Virus record (IMG/VR): IMGVR_UViG_3300037342_000011
Location: 7,466 to 71,465 of that record
Reading direction: 5' to 3' (one strand)
Source: a virus
DNA length: 64,000 bases
Part shown: in pieces, positions 28,534 through 37,031 of the stretch
Numbering within the stretch: the first letter of the stretch is position 1
How the letters are laid out: each line of letters begins with the position of its first letter
Notes under the pieces: model-generated
What the model was told of the DNA's origin: nothing
What the model saw: only the letters and a program-made list of their open reading frames with translations
Databases searched by the model: none
Translations under genes and position numbers: made by a program

Positions 28534-29921
28534 GATGGCACCTCTTCGATCTGATTGAATTGCGTGTTTCGTTCTATTTTTAGCGCATCGTTCATGTGTT
28601 TAGTTAGGTTCGAAAAGGCATTTTCTGCGGCTACAGACTTACGTTGCAGGTTTTGCAGAATAGCCTTTCCGCCTTCAGACGCAATCATGTCTGATACCAC
28701 TTTATTCTTTTGGCCAAACCGCCAGCACCTCCTGACGGCTTGATAGTATTGTTCAAAGCTGTGCGACGGGAAAGAGGTCATGTGCGAACAGTGTTGAAAG
28801 TTCAGCCCCCACGCACCTATTTTTGGTTTTGTTATCAGCACTCGTAGTTGTCCGCTTGTAAAGGCTATAAACTTTTCTTCTTTTTCCTCGTCGCTGTCTT
28901 TGCCGCTTATCTGTTGCGAACCGCTGACAAGCTTTGAAAGAATGTCGCCCTCGTCATTTAGGTGACACCACATTAATGCTGGTTTTTTAGTGCCGCTTAC
29001 TAGGCTGGCAGCTAGTTCGCACCTCTGATCGAGCGACCTGCGCCCTTCCTGGCGCTGTTCCTTTAGCCCGATTGCCGGAACAGCAAACAAGGTGCCGGGC
29101 AGCGGTTCTTCTTGTTTGATAAAATGGTTCTGTTCAATTAGTTTTGGCAAAATAAACTTTTTATCTTCAAAGCCCAAATCTGACGGCTTGCGACAAGCGC
29201 GCGCCCAAGACGACACCCATCGCCAAAAGTTCAATTCGGCATGACCTTTGAACCGCCACTTTGCGTCCTCGTCTAACTGAGCAAAGTTTTTGCCGTGATG
29301 CCTAAACGACATCGGGCGTATTGTGTTTTGGTTGTTTTTGAAAAACCTAGTAAGCATATCGGTGTACCCAAGCTCTCCTAAGGCTTCCGATGATGTGCCA
29401 AATTCGATATAATCGTTTGGCGCAGCGGTTGCTGTGCAAAGCAGCCGGTACGGAATCTTTTTCATAAATTCCGTTATTTCTTTCCGCCTAGTCCCGTCAA
29501 AAGATTTTAGAATGCTGCTCTCATCGCAGACACAGCCAGCAAAGTCGTCTGGATTGAAGTAGTGTAGCCGTTCATAGTTTGTAATGTTTATTCCAGTTTC
29601 GACGTAACCGTTGTTTGTGCGTATCGCCTGAATGTCAAATTTGTTGGCTTCCTCTAGCGTCTGATAGGACACAGAAAGCGGAGTCAAAATAAGAACAGGT
29701 TTATTAGTTTTTCGAACGATGTTCTCGGCCCACACAAGTTGCATGGGGGTTTTACCAAGTCCGCAATCGGCAAAAATTGCTGCGCGGCCCTTGCGCACCG
29801 ACCAATCAACAAGTGACTTTTGAAAGTCGAAAAGAAAATCAGGCAGCCACAGCGGTTCAAACCCCGATTGGTTATCGAGCTGCATTTTACGAGAAATAAA
29901 TTCGTTGTAGTTATTTTGCAT
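28524..29921 (-). CDS. SNF2-like helicase
   Basis: DCGLGKT, CDESSILK, TATAAPND, GLNFQ, QAVRRCWRFGQ. Confidence 0.9.
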   Translation of the reverse strand: MQNNYNEFISRKMQLDNQSGFEPLWLPDFLFDFQKSLVDWSVRKGRAAIFADCGLGKTPMQLVWAENIVRKTNKPVLILTPLSVSYQTLEEANKFDIQAIRTNNGYVETGINITNYERLHYFNPDDFAGCVCDESSILKSFDGTRRKEITEFMKKIPYRLLCTATAAPNDYIEFGTSSEALGELGYTDMLTRFFKNNQNTIRPMSFRHHGKNFAQLDEDAKWRFKGHAELNFWRWVSSWARACRKPSDLGFEDKKFILPKLIEQNHFIKQEEPLPGTLFAVPAIGLKEQRQEGRRSLDQRCELAASLVSGTKKPALMWCHLNDEGDILSKLVSGSQQISGKDSDEEKEEKFIAFTSGQLRVLITKPKIGAWGLNFQHCSHMTSFPSHSFEQYYQAVRRCWRFGQKNKVVSDMIASEGGKAILQNLQRKSVAAENAFSNLTKHMNDALKIERNTQFNQIEEVPSWL

Positions 29922-30339
29922 TTTTAACCCTGTTAGCTTTTATTTTTGAAGGCACCATAAAATTTAAGTCTGAGTTAGAGACAAGATAATAAGCGGCGCG
30001 ATCTAGGTTTTCCGGGTCGTCGCCAAACTTCCCCAAACCCATGTTGCATGAATTGCACAACAATCCACGAATTTTACCAGTAGCGTGACAATGATCTACA
30101 TAAAAATGATTGCCGTTGCCTCCCGGTTTTCTGGTGCGACAAATTGCGCAAGCGCCGTCTTGTTCAAACATCAAAGCTTCGTAATCTTTGAACCCAATTC
30201 CAAAAGACAAATAAAGGCGTTCTTCACGTCGTTTGTATTTGCTACGACCTCGCGCCGCCGATTTACATTGTTCTCTATGTGCCGGATCAGAGGCATATTT
30301 TGCACGTCTGTTGGCGTTCCACTGATCTCTGTTGTTCAT
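29911..30339 (-). CDS. Endonuclease VII-type HNH endonuclease
   Basis: QDGACAIC...VDHCHATGKIRGLLCNSCN.GLG. Confidence 0.88.
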   Translation of the reverse strand: MNNRDQWNANRRAKYASDPAHREQCKSAARGRSKYKRREERLYLSFGIGFKDYEALMFEQDGACAICRTRKPGGNGNHFYVDHCHATGKIRGLLCNSCNMGLGKFGDDPENLDRAAYYLVSNSDLNFMVPSKIKANRVKNAK

Positions 30340-30349
30340 TTTTTCAATC

Positions 30350-30490
30350 TCAAAACGTAACGCAGGAAGTTAAAACACCAGCTGCAAGCCAGTAGATTGA
30401 TCGGCGCCAGTCTTGTTGGAATGCGTAGACAACGCCAGCCCCAACATCGAGAACAATAAGAACGACTGGAAACACCTTTGAATAATTCAC
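30350..30490 (-). CDS. 46-aa two-TM membrane protein
   Basis: MNYSKVFPVVLIVLDVGAGVVYAFQQDWRRSIYWLAAGVLTSCVTF; GTGA overlap. Confidence 0.65.
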   Translation of the reverse strand: MNYSKVFPVVLIVLDVGAGVVYAFQQDWRRSIYWLAAGVLTSCVTF

Positions 30491-31197
30491 CAATCGTTCT
30501 CAGAATTTGGAGCGGCCCCGACGGGTTGCACGTCGCTCGCGCCTCTTGGAAGAGGTTCGTCCAATGGACGGGCCGCGTTAGGTTTAGGGAAGGGCAGTAT
30601 TTCCCACTTATACCGTCGGCATAAAGGTTTTAGGTTTCGACGCAACGGCTTAACATAGAGATATTTCGGGAGTGCCTCAACAATTGACCACTTAGGAAAC
30701 AACGCCAGTATTTTTTCTGCCTTGTGTGTACCATAACTGGCATTAATACTGCGCGCGTGTAGAAACGCCCCGCTTTCAGTCTTATAGCCAGCAACTTTGT
30801 CACCCGGTACGCCTTTCTCGCCGCAATAGTAAAATCCAGACGCTTGATAGATACCGCCGTGGTGATTCTCAGCGCTATCCGCGTAACTTACGCAAACTGC
30901 ATAAGGCGTATTAGCTCGTAGCCATCGCAGCGACCAGCAAACAAACTTAGAAAGTGGCTCTTTGTAAGAAGGCAACCGCACTAACCGGGTTAGCTCAATT
31001 GCCCCGTCCGTCAGATATTTATTGACTGGGTTGCTGTAAATAGCCACAGCTAGAGGCTCCCCATAGTCGCCAAACAATCCACCTTCAGCCCTTGCGGCAA
31101 AGATACATGAGCAAGAGCCAGGCATTCTGCCGGAGTAGTGATGGTCACGGATTAGTGGCCACACTTCCTCTGGTTGTGCTGAACAGAATGAGATCAC
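30487..31197 (-). CDS. Mom-like adenine-modification protein (GNAT fold)
   Basis: HHYSG...ELTRLV...VSYAD...HHGGIYQASGF. Confidence 0.8.
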   Translation of the reverse strand: MISFCSAQPEEVWPLIRDHHYSGRMPGSCSCIFAARAEGGLFGDYGEPLAVAIYSNPVNKYLTDGAIELTRLVRLPSYKEPLSKFVCWSLRWLRANTPYAVCVSYADSAENHHGGIYQASGFYYCGEKGVPGDKVAGYKTESGAFLHARSINASYGTHKAEKILALFPKWSIVEALPKYLYVKPLRRNLKPLCRRYKWEILPFPKPNAARPLDEPLPRGASDVQPVGAAPNSENDW

Positions 31198-32114
31198 TTG
31201 ACGAAATAACGAGTAGGCTTGCCTTTTTCCTTTAGTTTCTTAACCTTCAGGCCGCAAACCTTGGCTTGCTGCATCACGCCGACCGCTTTCCATCCGGTCG
31301 CTCTCAGAATGTCCTCCTTGGTGCAACCAGATGCGCGCTGCAAAAGCTTGGCCACGATTTCGGTCTTTGAACCGGATTTGATTTTGCCGGCGACTTTAGC
31401 TTTCTTGGTGGCTTTGACTTTCTTACCCCTCACCTTCGCCTTACTTGCCTTCTTACTCTTCTTGACCATTCCGGCCTCCTCTGCTTGCCCGGCGTTGGGT
31501 TGATCGCCCGTTGCTGGTGCCGCGTCAGCAGAGGCTTCTTCGCTAGCTAATTGGGCCGTCGCAGCGGTAACAACCTCCGCAGCGGCTGTCCATTCCTTTA
31601 TCGTTGCTCCAGTAGTGTCTTTCACCTCAACCCGCACCACGCGGGTAACGCCACCGCGTTTGACCGCGTGAGTAATTTGAGCATCGATTTGTTCAGGTGT
31701 AGCATCGGCCTTAACCGAAGTAACGCCGCGAGCGACAATCTCGCCCTTGGCATTAAACGGCGTAATAGCTAGGCGGTCCATATTGTTTTTCTCCTGTGTT
31801 GGTGGGTAACGGAAACCTTTGTTTTCATCGTCGATGTACCTACCCTTGATCCAATCCCAACGCAAGCCGAAGTAGTCAATTTTTTGGAGTTTCTTTTTGT
31901 TGAGTTGGTTTTGCATACGGGCAATGCGTTGCGCGGTGGCTTCTTTCTTTTGTTGGGCTCTGAGTTGGAGTTCGGCCTCGAGGCGCGGGTCTTGATAGGT
32001 GTGGAATTTAGGCGGATTGGCGTCCCACCAAGCTTGGCGTTCGGCTTTAGTTTTGAACAGCTGAACCGGGAAGCCATCTTCAATCATCAAAAGTTGGTGA
32101 GGGAGATATTGCAT
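31194..32114 (-). CDS. Multi-start protein ending in Lys-rich linker + DUF3489-like winged helix
   Basis: GSKTEIVAKLLQRASGCT..I..ATGW; in-frame internal starts at 31781 and 31469, each with a strong SD. Confidence 0.7.
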   Translation of the reverse strand: MQYLPHQLLMIEDGFPVQLFKTKAERQAWWDANPPKFHTYQDPRLEAELQLRAQQKKEATAQRIARMQNQLNKKKLQKIDYFGLRWDWIKGRYIDDENKGFRYPPTQEKNNMDRLAITPFNAKGEIVARGVTSVKADATPEQIDAQITHAVKRGGVTRVVRVEVKDTTGATIKEWTAAAEVVTAATAQLASEEASADAAPATGDQPNAGQAEEAGMVKKSKKASKAKVRGKKVKATKKAKVAGKIKSGSKTEIVAKLLQRASGCTKEDILRATGWKAVGVMQQAKVCGLKVKKLKEKGKPTRYFVK

Positions 32115-32118
32115 TTTA

Positions 32119-32388
32119 TTAGCCTTCTACCGTATCAAACGTAACCGTCGTGCAAGTAAGCGGGCGGTTAGGCTCGCCGTCTTGGCGTATGGGATGCTTT
32201 GGAGAGACTTTTTTCCAGAACTCCAACGCACTTTCTAGACCATCAAACTTCATCGCCTGTTTGGGGCTAACCGTAAACGTGCCGTGCCCTTGACCATTGT
32301 AAGCGTCGTGGTCAAAAGTTTCGAGATATTGCCCGGCAATGGGGCAATGATACCCTGCGGCGAAGCCAATGACGCGAATAACAATCAT
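32119..32388 (-). CDS. Hypothetical protein
   Basis: 89 aa; RQDGEPNRPLT. Confidence 0.65.
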   Translation of the reverse strand: MIVIRVIGFAAGYHCPIAGQYLETFDHDAYNGQGHGTFTVSPKQAMKFDGLESALEFWKKVSPKHPIRQDGEPNRPLTCTTVTFDTVEG

Positions 32389-32516
32389 CTTGTCACCCGT
32401 TCTGCAAAGCAGGTTTGTTTAATGCAACGTGTTTCCTTGTGGCTGGCCGTAAAGAGAATGAAGATTAGGGAAGCGACAAGAGCCACAATGCCCAACTTGT
32501 TTAATTCGGGGGTCAT
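32385..32516 (-). CDS. Small membrane protein
   Basis: 43 aa, hydrophobic, ATGA overlaps. Confidence 0.45.
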   Translation of the reverse strand: MTPELNKLGIVALVASLIFILFTASHKETRCIKQTCFAERVTR

Positions 32517-32746
32517 TGGGTTGGGCCTTGAGGAAAATAGAGTTGCCCCTGCTTTCGAACCTTGCCGATTGATTCCAGCGCAGACATGACGCCTTCGAAT
32601 TGGCGAAGGTTCAAAACGCCCATAAGCAAAGCGTACAAATGGCCAGCCGGTAAGCCGTCGGGGCTTAGTGCGATGGTTTCAACAATGCAATCGCAAATTT
32701 GTTTCAAAGTTTCGGCCTGCTTGGGGGTCATGGGGTTAGGTGTCAT
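32513..32746 (-). CDS. Winged-helix-like hypothetical protein
   Basis: GAGGA SD; GLPAGHLYALLMG. Confidence 0.6.
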   Translation of the reverse strand: MTPNPMTPKQAETLKQICDCIVETIALSPDGLPAGHLYALLMGVLNLRQFEGVMSALESIGKVRKQGQLYFPQGPTQ

Positions 32747-32919
32747 AGCGTCCTCGCCGTGACTTTTCGATCCTCGGTAATAACAACCCATTCCCCGGTT
32801 TTGTTATCGACGCCGACTACAAGCTTATTGAGCTTGCAAAAATCAAGAAGCAAGTCGGCGTCTTTTTCGTTAGGGTAACCAAGCTTGGCGGCAAGTGCCT
32901 TAGCTGCTTGTTTGGTCAT
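32743..32919 (-). CDS. Hypothetical protein
   Basis: 58 aa, coupled to next gene. Confidence 0.5.
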   Translation of the reverse strand: MTKQAAKALAAKLGYPNEKDADLLLDFCKLNKLVVGVDNKTGEWVVITEDRKVTARTL

Positions 32920-33048
32920 CGGATCACCACTGCACAAAATTGATGTAGTAAGCGACCAAAAACAAAGTGCCGGCGACGAGGGCTAGGGCGACGACCGCGT
33001 GGCAAAGAAAGTTAGCGAGGGGGTTTAGCATTTTAGGGCTCCTGTGAT

Positions 33049-33246
33049 TTAGTCGTTGTACCAGTTTTGTTGCGCTTCCTTGCGCGCGTCGTATAGCTTG
33101 CGCAGCAAAGAACATTCCGCGCCTTGGCCTTCTTTTGTGTAGCGCACGTCACCAGCGTTCTTGCCAAACAGCTTGGTCAATTGGACTGACCAAGCCTTAT
33201 CGGTGGCGAGTGCTTTGCGGTGAATTTCAGTGCCGAGTTTAGGCAT
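33049..33246 (-). CDS. First gene of leftward early operon, hypothetical
   Basis: CACAGGAGG RBS, promoter upstream. Confidence 0.7.
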   Translation of the reverse strand: MPKLGTEIHRKALATDKAWSVQLTKLFGKNAGDVRYTKEGQGAECSLLRKLYDARKEAQQNWYND

Positions 33247-33272
33247 TTAAACATCCTCCTGTGAACAAGAAC

Positions 33273-33301
33273 AATCTACTCTAAACCATCAAAAGAAGCA
33301 A
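33273..33301 (-). promoter_or_regulatory. Leftward early promoter
   Basis: TTGCTT-N17-TAGATT. Confidence 0.6.
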
Positions 33302-33468
33302 GCCCAAATATATCCTTATAAACAGCCCCTTTTGCGGCCCCGACCGGGCTTTCGTCAAAACTGAAGCCACAGGAGGAGGGCTAGGAATCGCGGGAGCGAC
33401 TACAACCGACCTTCTTAGGCCCCTGGTTAGGGGGCCAACCGCGTTTTGAACCGCAAGGGTTTAATACC

Positions 33469-33497
33469 TTGCGTTGCCTACAAAGGCAAATTATAAT
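33469..33497 (+). promoter_or_regulatory. Rightward early promoter with palindromic operator
   Basis: TTGCGT-N17-TATAAT; TTGCCT-ACAA-AGGCAA inverted repeat in the spacer. Confidence 0.7.
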
Positions 33498-33523
33498 TAC
33501 CGGCTACACAGGAGCTATCTATC

Positions 33524-33919
33524 TTGCAATTAACTTTGCCCATGTCTTACAAACTCCTCGTCTGCGGTGGTCGTGACTTTTCGGACCAAATCCTGCTTTT
33601 CAAAACTCTCGACTCTTTGCCACGCCCGATCCTTGTGATCGAAGGCGGCCAGCGCAAGTTTGATCCAATTTTGAAACGCACTATTGGCGGCGCTGATTTT
33701 TGGGCAATGTGTTGGGCGCAAGCTAGAGGAATTGAATACGTGACCGAAAATGCAGAGTGGCGCAGGTTAGGCCGCGCGGCAGGTGCTGCTAGGAATGCTT
33801 TAATGTTGAAAAAGTATAAGCCGAATTTGGTCGTGGCTTTTCCGGGCGGACGCGGGACGGCAAACATGGTACGACTGGCCACGGAAGCGGGGGTTAGGGT
33901 TATGATGGTGGAAGTATGA
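33524..33919 (+). CDS. SLOG/YspA-like (DUF2493) protein
   Basis: LLVCGGRDF...GAD...AEW...GRAAG.ARN..ML...AFPGGRGTANM. Confidence 0.85.
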   Translation: MQLTLPMSYKLLVCGGRDFSDQILLFKTLDSLPRPILVIEGGQRKFDPILKRTIGGADFWAMCWAQARGIEYVTENAEWRRLGRAAGAARNALMLKKYKPNLVVAFPGGRGTANMVRLATEAGVRVMMVEV

Positions 33920-34356
33920 GTACGGTTCATCCTGCTTTTGATATTGAAACTGCAATGTGGTTTGCCGACGAACTTGAGGCGCCGACTCTCCGCGCCTTGA
34001 AGCGTCTCCTGCCCCCGCGCACTAAAATCAAGGGTTATTACCCGAACGGCTATCTAAGAACTTTCGCCTATTCAAACGACGTATTGCGCAAGCATTTTGC
34101 CACGACGCTTCTAACTAGCGGGTTTAGAATTGCCGCGCCTAAGCGAACGGAGCCGGACGTTCCCAAGAAAAGAATTAGAGCGCCTACTAAGCCAACCAGC
34201 AACCCCGATACGTGGCAAGGGTGGACCGACGCAAATTTGGCTTTGTTGAAAGAATTATATTTGAAAGGTCTAACCTCCACGCCGATAAGCAGAAAACTTG
34301 GCTGTACGCGCAATACGGTTATTGCGAAGATACATAGAATGGGATGGCGAGCATGA
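33916..34356 (+). CDS. Protein with C-terminal GcrA-like HTH
   Basis: WTDANLALLKELYLKGLTSTPISRKLGCTRNTVIAKIHRMG. Confidence 0.75.
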   Translation: MSTVHPAFDIETAMWFADELEAPTLRALKRLLPPRTKIKGYYPNGYLRTFAYSNDVLRKHFATTLLTSGFRIAAPKRTEPDVPKKRIRAPTKPTSNPDTWQGWTDANLALLKELYLKGLTSTPISRKLGCTRNTVIAKIHRMGWRA

Positions 34357-34658
34357 CCCGCCAGCACCTCCCCAACCGTCGCTATGCTCGCACCTTGAAC
34401 TTCGAGGCTGACGGACAGCGCTATGTTGCTACGGTTAGCTTCTTTGATGATTCAAGGTTGGCTGAACTCTTTATTAATTCAAGTGGGAAGCTAGGCTCAA
34501 CCGCCGATGTGAACGCCGCGGACGGCGCGTTGGCTGTTTCTTTAGCCCTTCAATACGGATGTCCGGCAGAGACGCTTCAAAAAGGAATGAAGCGAAATGC
34601 AGACGGCGTGGCTCAAGGGCCGTTGGGGGCGGCGTTAGATGCGGTATTAAAGGGTTGA
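34353..34658 (+). CDS. Stand-alone TSCPD-like (class II RNR C-terminal) protein
   Basis: RQHLPNRR...AELFI...AVSLALQYGCP. Confidence 0.8.
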   Translation: MTRQHLPNRRYARTLNFEADGQRYVATVSFFDDSRLAELFINSSGKLGSTADVNAADGALAVSLALQYGCPAETLQKGMKRNADGVAQGPLGAALDAVLKG

Positions 34659-34683
34659 TTTTTACGCGGGGATTAAGTAGGCT
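34655..34683 (+). promoter_or_regulatory. Sigma70-like promoter
   Basis: TTGATT-N17-TAGGCT followed by ACACAGGAG RBS. Confidence 0.55.
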
Positions 34684-34710
34684 TTCAAATACACACAGGA
34701 GAGTACAGAA

Positions 34711-34879
34711 ATGAAAAAATATCAATTCCTCTGCATCAACGGCGACTACGTTACCGTACAAGCCGACTCAGAGGACAAGGCTAGGCACTTTGCCAATGGT
34801 TGAAAGATGGGGCAACCCAAGCGGCATCTATGGCGGCTGGTACAAGGGGTTAGGTTTGAATTTGGTGAGGTCATGGTAG
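34711..34879 (+). pseudogene. Small gene apparently broken by a 1-nt insertion near 34795
   Basis: Strong RBS, 30 codons then TGA; removing one A gives a continuous ...ARHFAMVERWGNPSGIYGGWYKGLGL... Confidence 0.35.
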
Positions 34880-35106
34880 CCTCCCGCGACCCCGACGCTG
34901 CCGAACGTTTCAAGTGGCGCTACGACAAGGCTGTATCAGACTTCGCCAACGGGGGGTCCGAGGCGGTGTTTCGTGCCAGCTTATTCTGTCTAGGCTACAG
35001 GGGCCAAATGCTCGATCTTGAAGTGCAGCATCAGTATACCTTTGGCATTAGGACGGTATTGAAAAGAAGCGAGTATAAAGGTGGTTTGCCGGATAGGGTG
35101 TGGTGA
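34873..35106 (+). CDS. Hypothetical protein
   Basis: GGTGAGG SD; 77 aa. Confidence 0.55.
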   Translation: MVASRDPDAAERFKWRYDKAVSDFANGGSEAVFRASLFCLGYRGQMLDLEVQHQYTFGIRTVLKRSEYKGGLPDRVW

Positions 35107-35148
35107 TTTTGTTCCTTTAACACTGCGAAATAGTAAGGAAGGCGTAAG

Positions 35149-35295
35149 ATGACTGACGCAGAGAAACTAGAAAAGGCTTCCGCTGCCCTGGAAGGGCTTT
35201 ACGCGATGGTCGCGCAAAACCCGGCAATCAAAGCCGACGAGCGGTTCGTAACGGCTGGCGTGGTGTCGGATGAACTCAAGAACGCACAGTCATAA
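35149..35295 (+). CDS. Hypothetical 48-aa protein
   Basis: AAGGAAGG SD. Confidence 0.5.
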   Translation: MTDAEKLEKASAALEGLYAMVAQNPAIKADERFVTAGVVSDELKNAQS

Positions 35296-35361
35296 TAAGA
35301 GAATGACAATGACACTCAGGCAGATGCAGGTTTTCTGCTTTCTACAAGCTAAGGGACGAAC

Positions 35362-35577
35362 ATGACCGCAGAAATTGATACGATGACAAGTTCCAATTTG
35401 GTATTTAATTGGGGAATTATCTTCGACAGCGGCACATATTATGTTGATGAGCGCCTTGGCGGCGACACAACTTATCGCAGGTGGGGACCGTTGCCGTCGA
35501 AGGAATTGGCGTGCGCTCTTATCGAGGAACGGAAAAAGTGGGTGCGAGAATCGATCAATATGCGCTTGTCCTCTTAG
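35362..35577 (+). CDS. Hypothetical protein
   Basis: AGGGA SD; 71 aa. Confidence 0.55.
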   Translation: MTAEIDTMTSSNLVFNWGIIFDSGTYYVDERLGGDTTYRRWGPLPSKELACALIEERKKWVRESINMRLSS

Positions 35578-35600
35578 GATTGCGCAGTAACAACGGAACA

Positions 35601-36056
35601 ATGACAATGCGCTGGTTTGAGAGACTTTCAGCAAAGCGACCGCCAGATTTTATTATCGGCGGGGCGGAAAATCCATACATGCTTCGCTGGTGGGTCATCC
35701 CGCGCAATCGGCTGTTCAATATCTACCTGCACCGCTTCCTGCGTAGCGACGACGACCGCGCACTGCATGACCATCCTTGGCTTAATATGAGCTACCTGCT
35801 CGATGGCACCTACACCGAGCATACAATCGAGGCAGGAGGGGTCCATAAATCGCGTGTCGCCGCTCCTGGCTCGCTCAAATTCCGTCGAGCCAAACAGGCG
35901 CACCGCGTAGAGCTTCATAGCGGGCCGTGCTGGTCGCTGTTCGTCACCGGGCCAGTCATTCGTGAATGGGGTTTCCACTGCACCGCAGGCTGGCGGCACT
36001 GGAAGCTATTTACATCAGATCGTGACAAGGGCGCGGTCGGACGAGGATGCGAGTAG
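35601..36056 (+). CDS. Cupin-like protein
   Basis: IYLHRFLRSDDDRALHDHPW...G.Y.E...HRVEL...REWGF. Confidence 0.8.
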   Translation: MTMRWFERLSAKRPPDFIIGGAENPYMLRWWVIPRNRLFNIYLHRFLRSDDDRALHDHPWLNMSYLLDGTYTEHTIEAGGVHKSRVAAPGSLKFRRAKQAHRVELHSGPCWSLFVTGPVIREWGFHCTAGWRHWKLFTSDRDKGAVGRGCE

Positions 36057-36096
36057 TTCAACAAAGTTTTGTAACGGGACAAGACAGGACAAGACG

Positions 36097-36321
36097 ATGG
36101 CAAAAAATCTATACCCACCAATGTCGCAGACCATGCGAGGCGAGAAACGCGCCGGCCGTAATTTCTATTGGCGATGGCCGTCTGATGATCAGTCGTGGTT
36201 CGCCTGGGCGTTCCAGAACTACGGATCAAAATGGATCGTATGGCGAGTTGGCCCGTTCAACTATCGAGTCGAGGTTGCCGCGCCCGGTGAGTGCGGCGGC
36301 TATATCTGGCATCGTCATTGA
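36097..36321 (+). CDS. Trp-rich hypothetical protein
   Basis: AGGA SD; 74 aa. Confidence 0.55.
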   Translation: MAKNLYPPMSQTMRGEKRAGRNFYWRWPSDDQSWFAWAFQNYGSKWIVWRVGPFNYRVEVAAPGECGGYIWHRH

Positions 36322-36327
36322 TACGGA

Positions 36328-36582
36328 ATGATCGACATGCAGAAATCGTACTGGCAATCAATGGTGTGTGATGGACCTCGTAGCCACGAGGCAATCAAAA
36401 GCTGGCTATCTCCTATGTGCGCCGACATGACGCCATTGAAGGCGGAAATCCTATGCGACATTGCGACTGACAAAGAGAAAAAGTTGCGAGTTTTGATGCA
36501 GGACAAGGATGGGAAGAAGTTATTGGCAACGCGCACCTTTGGCAGGAAGTTTTCCATCACGCTTAAGCCTGCCAATGTTTGA
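36328..36582 (+). CDS. Hypothetical protein
   Basis: 84 aa co-oriented ORF. Confidence 0.5.
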   Translation: MIDMQKSYWQSMVCDGPRSHEAIKSWLSPMCADMTPLKAEILCDIATDKEKKLRVLMQDKDGKKLLATRTFGRKFSITLKPANV

Positions 36583-36616
36583 GCCTTCATAAGCCAAGAC
36601 CGACAGGAGTTCTAAA

Positions 36617-36802
36617 ATGGCTACCAAGATATTTTGCGACCAATGTGGGACCGAAGGTGCATCTAGCTATTCGGTAGAATTTCGCGGCAACTTGGGAAAC
36701 AAGGAACAGCGAGATTTTAGCTTTCAGGCGTGCAACTCGTGTTGGGAGCGAGCCTCCACGGCTATCAAGGCAATCGTGCCTGCCGTTGCCATTAATGATT
36801 GA
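36617..36802 (+). CDS. Small Zn-binding protein
   Basis: ACAGGAG RBS; CDQCG...CNSC. Confidence 0.65.
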   Translation: MATKIFCDQCGTEGASSYSVEFRGNLGNKEQRDFSFQACNSCWERASTAIKAIVPAVAIND

Positions 36803-36823
36803 TAAGCGGCGGCTCCTCTACAT

Positions 36824-37015
36824 TCAACGGCGACGACCATCGTCGCCAATTCGTTTGATGATGCCAGCGCGCAAAAGGTCGTCCAGTTGCCGCGACAAAA
36901 GATATTCGCAGACATCGTTTTTGGTCGCGCCGTAGCCTAGCCCGACGAGGCTTTCCAATTCCTCCATTCGAGCCGTGCCAGCGTGGAGTTCAATTTTGTT
37001 GAACTGATAATTCAT
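36824..37015 (-). CDS. Ribbon-helix-helix-like small protein
   Basis: AGAGGAG SD; LESLVGLGYGATKNDVCEYLL. Confidence 0.6.
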   Translation of the reverse strand: MNYQFNKIELHAGTARMEELESLVGLGYGATKNDVCEYLLSRQLDDLLRAGIIKRIGDDGRRR

Positions 37016-37031
37016 GTCGGCTCCTCTTCCT

